DNA of 64,000 nucleotides from Obrimoposthia wandeli (lineage: Eukaryota), in the NCBI GenBank assembly GCA_977020255.1, contig CDROCS010000506.1, positions 2,790,001 to 2,854,000 of the forward strand, in the 5' to 3' direction. Shown here in pieces: positions 1 to 11,033 of the stretch (positions are counted from its first letter, which is position 1; the number at the start of each line of letters is the position of its first letter). The notes under the pieces were generated by a model that saw only the letters and a program-made list of their open reading frames with translations, was not told the origin of the DNA and ran no database searches. The translations under genes and the position numbers were made by a program.

Positions 1-398
1 TTCTTAATCGATACGATCAGCATTAGCGTTGATTCCGCTTGATGCTCGAAGCTATCTTGTTGAACATCGATTCTTGCCGTTTGCAGTTCAAGACTAATAG
101 CGATATCAGCTTGTGGCGAAAAGACTAAACCTTGCTGTTCCCAACCCTGTTGCAGTTTCGCAGTCGTTAGGTTTATCAGTGAGCCTTTGTTATTCAATAG
201 CTGCGCTGGTTCGCCGACTTTGTGCACGGCAATTAAGTAGTTCGCATCACGTATATCTTTGCTTGTTAGCGTCACCTGAGTGTCACTGTATTGCGTTGTT
301 AACGGTGCTGTCTCAGCGGTAATGTTCACTTGCTGAGGCGCACTGGCGCAGGCCGTTAATAATATAAGGCTTGCACTTAATAGTAGCTTTTTCAGCAT
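1..398 (-). CDS. yajG: YajG-family lipoprotein, truncated by the window edge
   Basis: Manual translation from ATG 398 gives MLKKLLLSASLILLTAC-ASAPQQ (lipobox LTAC); frame is open to the window edge; yajG-rlmG/bolA context as in Vibrionaceae. Not in the ORF track. Confidence 0.75.
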   Translation of the reverse strand, partial: MLKKLLLSASLILLTACASAPQQVNITAETAPLTTQYSDTQVTLTSKDIRDANYLIAVHKVGEPAQLLNNKGSLINLTTAKLQQGWEQQGLVFSPQADIAISLELQTARIDVQQDSFEHQAESTLMLIVSIK

Positions 399-399
399 G

Positions 400-1539
400 T
401 TATTTTTGTGCCTTAATAATGACAAACTTAGCGTTTGATGCAATAACTTCATGATTATCGAATAAACGATCAAGTTTCACGTGATAGTCAAGATGACGGT
501 TACCGACAATGTAAAGCGCACCGCGCCAAGCTAATGCTCGGTGTGCATCTTTAAACATTTGCCATGCGATATGGTCAGTAATCGCTTTTTCTTGGTGGAA
601 TGGAGGGTTACACAATACCAGATCCACACTGTGTGGTTCGTAATCGTATAAGCAGTTGTTCACCAAGAAATCAATCTCAGGTTCATGACCTTTAACATTC
701 GCTGCAACGTTTTCTTTTGCCGATGCGATAGCCATGAATGACTCATCAACAAAAGTGATTTTAGCTTGTGGGTTTAGTTTTGCCGCCGTAATACCGATAA
801 TACCGTTACCACAACCTAAGTCGATAATATGCTGATATTCACCTTTTGGTAAATGCTGCATAAAGAAGTTGCCGCCAATATCTAAATTGTTACGTGAGAA
901 CACATTGGCATGATTAGAGAGTGAAATATTGGTTTTTGCTACATCCCAAGTCACAGGTGCTGGTACTTCTAGTGCTTTAGTTTCTGTGATTGTTGCAAAG
1001 ATTAAACGGGCTTTTTTCTTCGCTAATGATGTCTTCGTTTCACCAAGGTATTTTTCAAACAAGGCTAACGTTGAATTATGAATATCTTTCGCTTTTGCAC
1101 CCGCGATGATAGTCGTGTTTGGCGTAACAACATGACTTAGCATTGCAAGTTGGTGTTCTAATAAAGACAAAGTGCGTGGGATCTTGATTAATACTAAATC
1201 AATATTTTCCGGTAACGCCGCAAGACAGTCTTGGACTTTGACCTGTTCTGTGCTTAACTCATTTTCATCTAGATTTTGCGCGATAGCCGCATGCGTGATC
1301 CATGAATCACTCACGGCAGTGACATTATACTTATTGTAAGCACACGTTAATGCACCAAAACTATCATTGAAGATAAGAACTGAAGATTGTTCAGCAAGCG
1401 TTAAATCTGCAACCGTATTAATAATATACTCATCGGCTGAGTCCCATGCTTGCAGTTGCTCAACGCTACGTTTAGGGTAGCGGTACAAAGATAATTCGGT
1501 ACTTTCAAGAGATAGTTCAGTGTTCATAGTGTGTTCCAT
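400..1539 (-). CDS. rlmG: 23S rRNA m2G1835 methyltransferase RlmG
   Basis: LQAWDSADEY N-terminal motif, SAM motif IIDLGCGNGIIG, CNPPFHQ; 379 aa. Confidence 0.9.
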   Translation of the reverse strand: MEHTMNTELSLESTELSLYRYPKRSVEQLQAWDSADEYIINTVADLTLAEQSSVLIFNDSFGALTCAYNKYNVTAVSDSWITHAAIAQNLDENELSTEQVKVQDCLAALPENIDLVLIKIPRTLSLLEHQLAMLSHVVTPNTTIIAGAKAKDIHNSTLALFEKYLGETKTSLAKKKARLIFATITETKALEVPAPVTWDVAKTNISLSNHANVFSRNNLDIGGNFFMQHLPKGEYQHIIDLGCGNGIIGITAAKLNPQAKITFVDESFMAIASAKENVAANVKGHEPEIDFLVNNCLYDYEPHSVDLVLCNPPFHQEKAITDHIAWQMFKDAHRALAWRGALYIVGNRHLDYHVKLDRLFDNHEVIASNAKFVIIKAQK

Positions 1540-1601
1540 TTAAGGTTGATCGTGCATTTTACACTGTTATTTTACTAAATATATAAAGAAGAGGTTTTTA
1601 A

Positions 1602-1913
1602 ATGTCATTAGGTAACGATATTCAACAGCAATTATTGGCTAGTTTTGATATTCAACATTTAGAGGTGGTTTGTGATAGCCACAAACACAATGTGCCACCG
1701 GGTAGTGAAATTCACTTTTCAGTGGTGATCGTTGCTACCGAATTTGATGGTAAAATGTTAATTGCGCGTCATCGTATGGTGAACACTGCGCTGGTGGCTC
1801 AATTTGAAGCGGGGATTCACGCGTTATCAATTCATGCTTACACACCAGAACAGTGGGCTAAAAAAAATGCTCAAGATCAAAAAATACCAGAGTCACCTGA
1901 TTGCTTAGGTTAA
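1602..1913 (+). CDS. bolA: BolA family protein
   Basis: SHKHNVPPGSEIHF, RHRMVN, GIHALSIHAYTP, C-terminal SPDCLG. Confidence 0.92.
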   Translation: MSLGNDIQQQLLASFDIQHLEVVCDSHKHNVPPGSEIHFSVVIVATEFDGKMLIARHRMVNTALVAQFEAGIHALSIHAYTPEQWAKKNAQDQKIPESPDCLG

Positions 1914-1936
1914 TTAACAGTTGAATTAGAAATATG

Positions 1937-1951
1937 ATTAATTAAATGTTA
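1937..1951 (+). promoter_or_regulatory. Candidate ArcA-P binding site upstream of the nqr operon
   Basis: ATTAATTAAATGTTA matches 14/15 of the ArcA consensus GTTAATTAAATGTTA. Confidence 0.55.
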
Positions 1952-2326
1952 CTGGGTGTGGTCATATGTTAACTGTTTAGAATTTTATTTCAATTAATAA
2001 AGATATGGTTATATATGGCTAAAATCAGTGCAACAAAACCACTGTTATGGATTTAACATTTAATATGATTAGATTTTTATTTTGTTAACTCACTGTTTTA
2101 ATATGATTATATTTTCATCTAAACAGGTATTAAAAAGTTTGATTTATTAGTGTCTGTTACTTGATGAAGAGCAAGCAATCATCTTAAATTAGTGCTAGAA
2201 TAACCCCAAATTTTTTGTTAATGAAACCACACCACTTTGTGAATACTCACTAGTTGGTATTTGCGTGTGTGATTTTCATTAGTGAAAGTGTTCTTTATCT
2301 TCCTAAAAAAAGTAGTGCATGTGAGT

Positions 2327-3667
2327 ATGATTACGATAAAAAAAGGACTGGATCTACCTATCGCAGGTAAACCTGAGCAAGTAATTCATGATGGCCCTGC
2401 TATCAAACGAGTTGCTGTTCTAGGTGAAGAGTATATTGGAATGCGCCCAACAATGAATGTTAAAGTTGGTGATCGTGTTAAGAAAGGTCAGGTTCTTTTT
2501 GAAGACAAAAAGACACCGGGCGTTAAATATACTGCCTTCGCTGCAGGAACAATTGCTGAAGTTAACCGTGGTGCTAAGCGGATCTTACAATCGGTAGTGA
2601 TTGACGTAGATGGTAATGAGAGTGAGAAATTTGCTCAAGTTGCATCAGCTGAAATTGCTAATCTTGACCGCGACATCGTGGTTAAAAATCTTGTAGACTC
2701 AGGTTTATGGACTGCATTACGCACTCGTCCATTTAGCCGTGTTCCTGCAATTGATAGTAATGCATCAGCAATCTTTATTACGGCAATGGACACAAATCCA
2801 CTTGCTGCAGATGCTGCATTAATTATTAATCAAAACAGCGATGCATTTGTTGATGGTTTAAATGTTATTTCTCACTTAACAAGCGGTAAAGTTTACGTTT
2901 GTAAAGCAGAAGGTACATTACCTAAATCAACAGCATCTAACGTTGAAGAGCAAGCTTTTGCTGGTCCTCATCCTGCTGGTCTTGCTGGTACGCATATTCA
3001 TTTATTAGAATCAGCTGGTACTAAACGTACTGTTTGGTCTATTGGCTACCAAGACGTTATTGCTTTCGGTAAGTTGTTCACTACAGGTGAATTACATACT
3101 GACCGTGTTATTTCATTAGCAGGCCCTGCTGTGAAAAACCCGCGTTTGATTAGCACTCGTCTAGGCGCATCAATTACAGAATTAACTGCAAGTGAACTTA
3201 ACGCTGGTGAAAACCGTGTTATTTCAGGTTCTGTATTATCTGGTGTTCAAGCTTACACAGTAAATGCTTATCTTGGTCGTTATCACAACCAAATCAGTGT
3301 TCTAGCTGAAGGTCGTGAGAAGGAATTCCTAGGTTACATGAAACCTGGTAGTGACAAATTCTCAGTTGCTAACGTCTTTACCTCTGCATTCAATCGCGCA
3401 CGTCAATTCAACTTTACTACAACCACTGGTGGTAGTGATCGTGCAATGATGCCTATGGGTAACTACGAACGCGTTATGCCATTAGATATCTTACCTACTA
3501 TGTTACTACGTTCGTTAGTAACAGGTGATACAGATGAAGCGATTACGTTAGGTTGTCTTGAATTAGACGAAGAAGATTTAGCGTTATGTACTTTTTCTTG
3601 CCCAGGTAAGTACGACTTTGGTCCAATTCTACGTGATTGTCTAACGACAATTGAGAAGGAAGGTTAA
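2327..3667 (+). CDS. nqrA: Na+-translocating NADH:quinone reductase subunit A
   Basis: [14 protein letters not shown] start (ATG 2327 preferred over the track's GTG 2282); C-terminal [17 protein letters not shown]. Confidence 0.97.
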   Translation: MITIKKGLDLPIAGKPEQVIHDGPAIKRVAVLGEEYIGMRPTMNVKVGDRVKKGQVLFEDKKTPGVKYTAFAAGTIAEVNRGAKRILQSVVIDVDGNESEKFAQVASAEIANLDRDIVVKNLVDSGLWTALRTRPFSRVPAIDSNASAIFITAMDTNPLAADAALIINQNSDAFVDGLNVISHLTSGKVYVCKAEGTLPKSTASNVEEQAFAGPHPAGLAGTHIHLLESAGTKRTVWSIGYQDVIAFGKLFTTGELHTDRVISLAGPAVKNPRLISTRLGASITELTASELNAGENRVISGSVLSGVQAYTVNAYLGRYHNQISVLAEGREKEFLGYMKPGSDKFSVANVFTSAFNRARQFNFTTTTGGSDRAMMPMGNYERVMPLDILPTMLLRSLVTGDTDEAITLGCLELDEEDLALCTFSCPGKYDFGPILRDCLTTIEKEG

Positions 3668-3669
3668 GC

Positions 3670-4878
3670 ATGGGTCTTAAGAATTATATCGAAGGGATGG
3701 AACATCACTTCGAACCAGGTGGTAAACACGCAAAATGGTTTGCCTTGTATGAAGCGGTTGCAACCGGTTTATTTACACCTGGTTTTGTTACAAAAGGTAA
3801 AACACACGTACGTGATAATATCGATTTAAAACGTATTATGATTTTAGTGTGGATGTGTGCATTACCTATGGTTTTCTGGGGCATGTACAACATTGGTGCT
3901 CAAGCAAACACGGCTATTGCATCAGGTGCTGGTATTGCATTTGACGATTGGCATGTAGCACTACTAAACATGTTTGGTGTGACTATGGGTGAAGGCGCTG
4001 GCGTTATAGCAAATATGCTATATGGTGCGGTTTACTTCTTACCTATTTACGCAACAGTGTTTGTGGTTGGTGGTTTCTGGGAAGTGTTATTTGCTGCAGT
4101 GCGTAAGCATGAAGTGAATGAAGGTTTCTTCGTAACATCTATCCTATTTGCACTTATCCTGCCTGCTAACATTCCATTATGGCAAGCGGCTATCGGTATT
4201 ACTTTTGGTGTTGTAATCGCTAAAGAAGTATTCGGTGGTACAGGTAAGAACTTCTTAAATCCAGCACTTGCTGGTCGTGCGTTCTTATTCTTCGCATACC
4301 CATCTGATATTTCAGGTGATGCTGTTTGGACTGCTGTTGACGGTTTCTCTGGTGCTACAGCACTGAGTTCTGCGGCTGCTGGCGGTCTTGAAGGTCTAAC
4401 TAGTTCACTGACTTGGACGAATGCTTTCCTTGGTAACATGCAAGGTTCTACTGGTGAAGTATCTGCGTTAATCATCCTATTATCGGGTGGCGTATTACTT
4501 ATCGCTGGTGTTGCATCTTGGAGAATTGTTTCTGGTGTTATGATTGGTATGGTAGCGACAAGCTTACTATTCAACATGATTGGTTCAGATACTAATCCAA
4601 TGTTTGAAGTACCTTTCTACTGGCATTTAGTTATCGGTGGTTTCGCGTTTGGTATGATGTTCATGGCGACTGATCCTGTATCAGCTTCATTTACTGATAA
4701 CGGCAAGTGGGCTTACGGTCTACTTATCGGTCTAATGGTTGTACTAATTCGTGTGGTTAACCCTGCATTCCCTGAAGGTATGATGCTAGCAATCTTGTTT
4801 GCTAACTTATTCGCACCTCTATTTGATCACTTTGTTGTTCAAGCTAACATTAAACGGAGACTTGCACGCAATGGCTAG
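3670..4878 (+). CDS. nqrB: Na+-NQR subunit B
   Basis: [12 protein letters not shown]; FMN-attachment motif DGFSGAT; multiple TM helices. Confidence 0.97.
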   Translation: MGLKNYIEGMEHHFEPGGKHAKWFALYEAVATGLFTPGFVTKGKTHVRDNIDLKRIMILVWMCALPMVFWGMYNIGAQANTAIASGAGIAFDDWHVALLNMFGVTMGEGAGVIANMLYGAVYFLPIYATVFVVGGFWEVLFAAVRKHEVNEGFFVTSILFALILPANIPLWQAAIGITFGVVIAKEVFGGTGKNFLNPALAGRAFLFFAYPSDISGDAVWTAVDGFSGATALSSAAAGGLEGLTSSLTWTNAFLGNMQGSTGEVSALIILLSGGVLLIAGVASWRIVSGVMIGMVATSLLFNMIGSDTNPMFEVPFYWHLVIGGFAFGMMFMATDPVSASFTDNGKWAYGLLIGLMVVLIRVVNPAFPEGMMLAILFANLFAPLFDHFVVQANIKRRLARNG

Positions 4879-5644
4879 TAAAGAAACTCCACTGAAAACT
4901 ATCACAGTCGTTGCGGCGTTGTGTTTAGTATGTTCAATCGTCGTGTCTGGCGCGGCAGTAGGTCTACGTGATGCTCAAAATGCTAACAAAGCATTAGATA
5001 AGCAAACTAACCTACTTTCTGTTGCTGGCAAGTTAGAAGAAAATGCTAACGTTGGCGAAATCTACGCGAAGTTTGTTGATGCAAAATTTGTTGACTTATC
5101 TACGGGCGAATATGTTGAAGAGAATGCAGCGACATTTGATCAACTTCAAAACGTAAAAAGTAACGAACTAAGCTCAGACTTAACAGGTAAAGACGTTGCT
5201 GGTATTAAACGTCGTTCAAATGTTGCTGATGTTTATCTTGTAAAAGATGCACAAGGTAACGTTGAGTCTTATGTTCTGCCTGTATACGGTCGTGGCTTAT
5301 GGTCAACGATGTATGCATTCGTTGCAATTGATAAAGACGCTAAAACAGTAAAAAGCATTCAGTACTATGACCAAGGTGAAACTCCTGGTCTAGGTGGTGA
5401 AGTGTTAAACCCACTGTGGACAGCTAAATGGGAAGGCAAGCAACTATTCAATGCGAATGGTGATGTTGCAATCCGTATCGTGAAAGGCGGTGGTCAAGAT
5501 AAGACTCCTTCAGGTATTGATGGTTTATCTGGTGCTACGCTAACAGGTCAAGGTGTTGAAAATACATTCCAGTTCTGGATTGGTGAAAACGGTTTTGGTC
5601 CTTTCCTGAAGAAATTGCAAAACGGAGGCTCAAACAATGGCTAA
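4871..5644 (+). CDS. nqrC: Na+-NQR subunit C
   Basis: ATG 4871 ([10 protein letters not shown]) overlaps the nqrB end; [20 protein letters not shown] motif DGLSGAT. Confidence 0.96.
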   Translation: MASKETPLKTITVVAALCLVCSIVVSGAAVGLRDAQNANKALDKQTNLLSVAGKLEENANVGEIYAKFVDAKFVDLSTGEYVEENAATFDQLQNVKSNELSSDLTGKDVAGIKRRSNVADVYLVKDAQGNVESYVLPVYGRGLWSTMYAFVAIDKDAKTVKSIQYYDQGETPGLGGEVLNPLWTAKWEGKQLFNANGDVAIRIVKGGGQDKTPSGIDGLSGATLTGQGVENTFQFWIGENGFGPFLKKLQNGGSNNG

Positions 5645-6266
5645 GTCTGACTTAAGAGAGGTTGTTACCGCTCCTATTGTTACTAACAACCCGATTGCAT
5701 TACAAATCTTAGGTGTTTGTTCTGCATTGGCTGTAACAACGAAGATGGAAACTGCGTTTGTAATGACTATCGCTGTAATGGTAGTAACTGCTTTCTCAAG
5801 CTTCTTCATCTCGTTAGTACGTAACATGATCCCGAACAGTGTGCGTATTATTGTGCAAATGGCAATTATTGCATCACTTGTAATTGTTGTTGACCAAGTA
5901 CTTAAAGCGGTAGCTTTCCAGTTATCAAAAGAGCTTTCGGTATTCGTTGGTCTGATCATTACAAACTGTATCGTAATGGGTCGTGCTGAAGCTTACGCAA
6001 TGAAGAACAAGCCTCTACCAAGTTTCTTAGATGGTATCGGTAACGGTTTAGGTTACGGTGCTATCTTACTTGCTGTTGCGACAGTACGTGAAATATTTGG
6101 TTCAGGTACTTGGTTTGGTATTGAAATCTTACCACTTATCCAAAACGGTGGTTGGTACCAGTCAAACGGTCTATTACTACTACCGCCAAGTGCATTCTTC
6201 ATCATTGGTTTATTGATTTGGGCTCTACGTACGTGGAAACCAGAGCAAGTTGAGCCAAAGGGGTAA
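5637..6266 (+). CDS. nqrD: Na+-NQR subunit D
   Basis: [18 protein letters not shown]; [14 protein letters not shown]. Confidence 0.97.
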   Translation: MAKSDLREVVTAPIVTNNPIALQILGVCSALAVTTKMETAFVMTIAVMVVTAFSSFFISLVRNMIPNSVRIIVQMAIIASLVIVVDQVLKAVAFQLSKELSVFVGLIITNCIVMGRAEAYAMKNKPLPSFLDGIGNGLGYGAILLAVATVREIFGSGTWFGIEILPLIQNGGWYQSNGLLLLPPSAFFIIGLLIWALRTWKPEQVEPKG

Positions 6267-6269
6267 ACG

Positions 6270-6878
6270 ATGGAACATTATATTAGTTTGTTCGTACGTG
6301 CTATTTTCATTGAAAACTTAGCATTATCATTCTTCTTAGGTATGTGTACATTCCTTGCTGTATCTAAGAAAGTGACAACAGCGATCGGTCTTGGTGTTGC
6401 AGTAACAGCTGTACTTACTATTTCGATTCCTGTTAACCAAGTTATCTATGGCAGCGTACTTGCTCCTGGTGCACTTGCATGGGCTGGTTTCCCGGAAGCA
6501 GATTTAAGCTTTCTAGGTTTCATCACGTTCATTGGTGTAATTGCCGCGTTAGTACAAATCTTAGAGATGGTGTTAGACAAGTTCTTACCAGCTCTATATA
6601 ACGCACTGGGTATTTTCCTACCGTTGATCACAGTTAACTGTGCAATCTTCGGTGGTGTATCTTTCATGGTACAACGTGACTATAACTTCACAGAATCAGT
6701 AGTATATGGTTTTGGTAGTGGTCTAGGTTGGATGTTAGCTATCGTTGCGATGGCTGGTCTTCGTGAGAAAATGAAATATTCAGATGTGCCAGATGGTCTA
6801 CGTGGTTTAGGTATTACCTTTATTACAGCAGGTCTTATGGCGCTAGGTTTCATGTCATTTTCTGGTATTCAGTTATAA
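6270..6878 (+). CDS. nqrE: Na+-NQR subunit E
   Basis: [30 protein letters not shown]; [10 protein letters not shown]. Confidence 0.97.
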   Translation: MEHYISLFVRAIFIENLALSFFLGMCTFLAVSKKVTTAIGLGVAVTAVLTISIPVNQVIYGSVLAPGALAWAGFPEADLSFLGFITFIGVIAALVQILEMVLDKFLPALYNALGIFLPLITVNCAIFGGVSFMVQRDYNFTESVVYGFGSGLGWMLAIVAMAGLREKMKYSDVPDGLRGLGITFITAGLMALGFMSFSGIQL

Positions 6879-6926
6879 TAAACGGCTGGCTTCGGTCAGC
6901 ACGTTTCAAGAGCAAAGGATAAGTCG

Positions 6927-8147
6927 ATGGAAATCATTCTCGGCGTAGTCATGTTCACAATTATCGTTTTAGCTTTGGTAACAGTAATCCTGTTTGCTAA
7001 GTCTAAACTGGTAAGTGAAGGTGATATTACAATTAGTATTAACGGTGACCCAGAGAAATCTGTCGTGACTGGTGCGGGTGGTAAACTTCTAGGTTCACTA
7101 GCTGCAAGCGGTATTTTCGTTTCTTCAGCTTGTGGTGGCGGTGGTACTTGTGGCCAGTGTCGTGTAAAAGTTAAATCAGGCGGTGGTGATATTCTACCAA
7201 CTGAACTTGACCACATTTCTAAAGGTGAAGCTCGTGAAGGCGAACGTCTATCATGCCAAGTTAGCGTAAAAGTTGACATGGATATTGAGCTACCAGAAGA
7301 AATCTTTGGTGTTAAAAAATGGGAATGTGAAGTTATCTCTAACGATAACAAAGCAACTTTCATTAAAGAGCTTAAAATGGCTATTCCAAACGGCGAAGTG
7401 GTTCCTTTCCGCGCCGGTGGTTATATCCAAATTGAAGCGCCTGCTCACCATGTTAAATATTCAGACTATGATATTCCTGAAGAATACCGTGGCGACTGGA
7501 AACACTTTGGTTTCTTTGATGTTGAATCTAAAGTTGATGAAGATACTATCCGTGCTTACTCTATGGCTAACTGCCCAGAAGAAGCGGGTATTATCATGCT
7601 TAACGTGCGTATTGCTACGCCACCGCCGCGTGATTTGTCTTTACCAGCAGGTAAAATGTCTTCGTACATCTTTAGCTTAAAAGCTGGCGACAAAGTAACT
7701 ATCTCAGGTCCATTTGGTGAGTTCTTCGCGAGAGAAACTGACAATGAAATGGTATTTGTTGGTGGTGGTGCTGGTATGGCGCCAATGCGTTCACACATCT
7801 TTGATCAGTTAAACCGTTTGGATACAAAACGTAAAGTTTCATTCTGGTACGGCGCTCGTTCTAAGCGTGAAATGTTCTATGTTGAAGATTTCGATATGCT
7901 TGCAAAAGAGAACGAAAACTTTGAATGGCATGTTGCACTGAGTGATCCACAACCAGAAGATAACTGGGAAGGTTACACAGGCTTCATCCATAACGTGATC
8001 CTTGAGAACTACTTAGGCAATCACGAAGCGCCAGAAGATTGTGAGTACTACATGTGTGGTCCACCAATGATGAATGCTGCTGTTATCGGTATGCTGAAAG
8101 ACCTTGGTGTTGAAGATGAAAATATCATGCTAGATGACTTTGGCTAA
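6927..8147 (+). CDS. nqrF: Na+-NQR subunit F
   Basis: 2Fe-2S motif [12 protein letters not shown]; RAYSMAN; GGGAGMAP; YYMCGPP. Confidence 0.98.
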   Translation: MEIILGVVMFTIIVLALVTVILFAKSKLVSEGDITISINGDPEKSVVTGAGGKLLGSLAASGIFVSSACGGGGTCGQCRVKVKSGGGDILPTELDHISKGEAREGERLSCQVSVKVDMDIELPEEIFGVKKWECEVISNDNKATFIKELKMAIPNGEVVPFRAGGYIQIEAPAHHVKYSDYDIPEEYRGDWKHFGFFDVESKVDEDTIRAYSMANCPEEAGIIMLNVRIATPPPRDLSLPAGKMSSYIFSLKAGDKVTISGPFGEFFARETDNEMVFVGGGAGMAPMRSHIFDQLNRLDTKRKVSFWYGARSKREMFYVEDFDMLAKENENFEWHVALSDPQPEDNWEGYTGFIHNVILENYLGNHEAPEDCEYYMCGPPMMNAAVIGMLKDLGVEDENIMLDDFG

Positions 8148-8153
8148 TATTTT

Positions 8154-9182
8154 TTGATTCAATTCAAATCGATGTATCGATGGCTAGCTCTGATGGGGCT
8201 AGCCATTTTCATTCTTGGTTGTAGTGAACAAAAAAGTACAGAAGAAGTACTGTTTTCTGGTCCTACTATGGGTACTACTTATCATATGAAGGTTGTGGGT
8301 TTCCCACTGTCTGAACAAGATAAGCAAAATATCCAAATCGAGATTGATAGACGTTTAGAATTAGTTAACGATCAGATGTCGACTTATCGTCCTAATTCAG
8401 AGTTATCACGCTTTAATCAAAGCGTTGCGGTTACTGGTTTTGAAGTATCAGCAGATACGGCAAAAGTAGTGCTAGAAGCTCTTCGTTTGAATAAGCTGAC
8501 AAATGGTGCACTTGATGTAACCGTTGGTCCGTTAGTTAATCTGTGGGGATTTGGTCCGGATAATAAACCGGAAACAATACCATCACAGCAACAATTAGAT
8601 AAAATTAAGCTACGTATTGGTATCCAACATTTAGCTGCTACTGACACGACGTTAAGCAAAGACATTGATGGGTTATACGTTGATTTGTCTTCGATTGCGA
8701 AAGGTTATGGCGTTGATGTTATCGCTGATTACTTTGCTTCTTTAGGTATTGAAAATTACCTGGTTGAAGTGGGTGGTGAACTGCGTATTAATGGTGTTAA
8801 TGCACGCGGTATTGATTGGCAGGTTGCGGTTGAGAAGCCGACGAGTGACAATCAAAGTGTGCAAGAAGTGATTGCGGTTGGTAACAATGCAATTGCAACA
8901 TCAGGTGATTACCGCAATTATTATGAGTTAGATGGTGAGCGTTTTGCGCATACGATTGACCCTATAAGCGGTAAACCAATTAAGCATAAGCTGGTATCTG
9001 TGACTGTAATTCATACTTCGTCAATGACGGCTGATGCACTTGCGACAGCGTTAATGGTGATGGGTGAGAAAGACGGTCTTGAGTTCGCCAAGCAGCAAGG
9101 TTTAGCTGTATTGATGATCTCGAAGTCAGATTCAGGTTATAATGAAGTGTATACCAAACAGTTCGAACCTTATTTAAAATAG
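8154..9182 (+). CDS. apbE: FAD:protein FMN transferase
   Basis: Lipobox ILGC; GPTMGT, DLSSIAKGYGVD, ATSGDYRNY, ADALATAL; directly after nqrF. Confidence 0.93.
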   Translation: MIQFKSMYRWLALMGLAIFILGCSEQKSTEEVLFSGPTMGTTYHMKVVGFPLSEQDKQNIQIEIDRRLELVNDQMSTYRPNSELSRFNQSVAVTGFEVSADTAKVVLEALRLNKLTNGALDVTVGPLVNLWGFGPDNKPETIPSQQQLDKIKLRIGIQHLAATDTTLSKDIDGLYVDLSSIAKGYGVDVIADYFASLGIENYLVEVGGELRINGVNARGIDWQVAVEKPTSDNQSVQEVIAVGNNAIATSGDYRNYYELDGERFAHTIDPISGKPIKHKLVSVTVIHTSSMTADALATALMVMGEKDGLEFAKQQGLAVLMISKSDSGYNEVYTKQFEPYLK

Positions 9183-9190
9183 AGGCTAAT

Positions 9191-9415
9191 ATGGCTTATT
9201 TTGCTGCAACATTTGTTATTTTTGCGTTAGTTATTGCTGGTATGTCTATCGGTTATATTGTGCAAAAAAAGACTATCACAGGTAGCTGTGGTGGTATTAG
9301 TGGTTTAGGAATGGAAAAGGCGTGTGATTGCCCCGATCCTTGCGAAAAGCGCAAAGCTAAAATGGCAAAAGAAGAAGCTAAACAGCAGATGTTAAACGAA
9401 AATCGTATCATCTAG
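9191..9415 (+). CDS. nqrM: Na+-NQR maturation factor NqrM (DUF539)
   Basis: N-terminal TM helix, GSCGG and CDCPDPC cysteines; follows apbE. Confidence 0.9.
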   Translation: MAYFAATFVIFALVIAGMSIGYIVQKKTITGSCGGISGLGMEKACDCPDPCEKRKAKMAKEEAKQQMLNENRII

Positions 9416-9431
9416 TTTATGCCAAGCATCT

Positions 9432-9462
9432 AGCTATAAAGTGCAGGACGTGCTTTATAGCT
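9432..9462 (+). terminator. Stem-loop after nqrM, probable operon terminator
   Basis: AGCTATAAAG...CTTTATAGCT 10-bp inverted repeat; U-tract is weak. Confidence 0.45.
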
Positions 9463-9692
9463 GTTGTAAACCCTACCTTATCTATCCCTCCTCTTGTACT
9501 ACTTTTTACACGCGCAATACTCATTTTTACAATGGTAAATCCTCCGCGGTATTCTATTCTTTATTTGATTCACTATGATTTATGTTATCGATTAGCTAAA
9601 ACTTGTGCTCTTATTATCTGTGATCTTATCGCGATATAATCCTTGAATTCGTTTAATCAATAGAAATAATAACATGATGCTTGGAGGCGTTA

Positions 9693-10823
9693 ATGAGCGT
9701 TATAACTGAACCTAAATTTAGCAAAGAGATTGGTCCTAATTGGTTTGCCTCAGTCATGGGGACTGGGATTATCGCTAATGCAGCTGTAGGCTTACCTTTG
9801 ATTGGTATTTATCTTACTGACTTTGCTTTAGTTGTCTGGTTATTGGCTGCAACGCTATTAATTATTATGCTGGCGATTAAGATCATGCAGACGATTATTC
9901 GTCCCGAGGTTATTAAGCGACAATTTAACGATCCGGTTATGGCGCAATTCTTTGGCGCGCCACCAATGGCCTTACTCACAATCGCAGGTGGCACTATACT
10001 GATGGGTCACCATATCTTTGCCCCTGAAACGGTTTTAACAATCGCTTGGACTTTGTGGTTACTCGGTACTTTCGGTGGTTTACTCAGTGCTGTTATCATT
10101 CCTTTTCGTTTGTTTACGCATTATGAAGTTAACCGTCACGCTGCTTTTGGTGGATGGTTAATGCCAGTTGTGCCGCCGATGGTATCTGCCACTATTGGCG
10201 CTATGCTTATTCCGCATGCAGAAGGTATCGTATTACAGCAAACAATGCTGTATGCCTGCTATGCCATGTTTGGTGTTAGCCTGATAGCTGCAATGATCAT
10301 TATCACCCTTATCTGGAACCGCCTTACTCACTCCGGAAGCTCTGGCGGGGCGAGGGTACCAACATTATGGATTGTATTAGGACCGCTTGGTCAATCGATT
10401 ACTGCTATTGGCGCGTTAGGGACGGTTGCGTTGGCTGTCGTTGATGAACCGATTGCAAGCAGTTTAAATACCATGGCAATACTATATGGAGTACCAGTTT
10501 GGGGCTTTGCAGTATTTTGGTCATGCCTTGCGGGTTTACTGACGCTCCGTGCAATGCGTCGGAAAATGCCTTTTGCATTGACGTGGTGGGCTTTTACATT
10601 CCCCGTTGGTACTTGTGTTACAGGTACAACTCAACTCGCATTACACACTGGTCTACCTGTGTTTCAATGGGCTGCGATTATACTGTTTTCTGCGCTGATT
10701 GGTGCCTGGATTATTGCTGCAATAGGGACAATAAAAGGCTTAAAAGGTGGACACATTCTGAAGCCGACAATTAATGCACCTGAAGTACAGGCCGTTAAAG
10801 GTCATGATAAAGGTAACAATTAA
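9693..10823 (+). CDS. TDT (tellurite-resistance/dicarboxylate, SLAC1-like) family transporter
   Basis: PNWFASVMGTG, WWAFTFPVG motifs; about 10 hydrophobic segments; GGAGG RBS precedes ATG 9693. Confidence 0.85.
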   Translation: MSVITEPKFSKEIGPNWFASVMGTGIIANAAVGLPLIGIYLTDFALVVWLLAATLLIIMLAIKIMQTIIRPEVIKRQFNDPVMAQFFGAPPMALLTIAGGTILMGHHIFAPETVLTIAWTLWLLGTFGGLLSAVIIPFRLFTHYEVNRHAAFGGWLMPVVPPMVSATIGAMLIPHAEGIVLQQTMLYACYAMFGVSLIAAMIIITLIWNRLTHSGSSGGARVPTLWIVLGPLGQSITAIGALGTVALAVVDEPIASSLNTMAILYGVPVWGFAVFWSCLAGLLTLRAMRRKMPFALTWWAFTFPVGTCVTGTTQLALHTGLPVFQWAAIILFSALIGAWIIAAIGTIKGLKGGHILKPTINAPEVQAVKGHDKGNN

Positions 10824-10892
10824 TCCTTATATTTCAATGTTAAAATAATAGTTCCATTTATTTATACTCAATAGTGAGTATTTGTGGTGTGA

Positions 10893-10906
10893 TTGATCTA
10901 TATCAA
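10893..10906 (+). promoter_or_regulatory. FNR-type site upstream of ompW
   Basis: TTGAT-CTAT-ATCAA is a perfect FNR consensus; ompW is FNR-regulated in E. coli. Confidence 0.75.
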
Positions 10907-11033
10907 TATGGTGTTTCGTGTATATGGCAAAGTACACCTAAGTTAATTGTTTGTTACCAAATGGTGTCCAAGAACATCAAGTGTAATAAAACTGTATTGA
11001 AATGATAAACATACCCTATTGCTGGAGCTCTAC

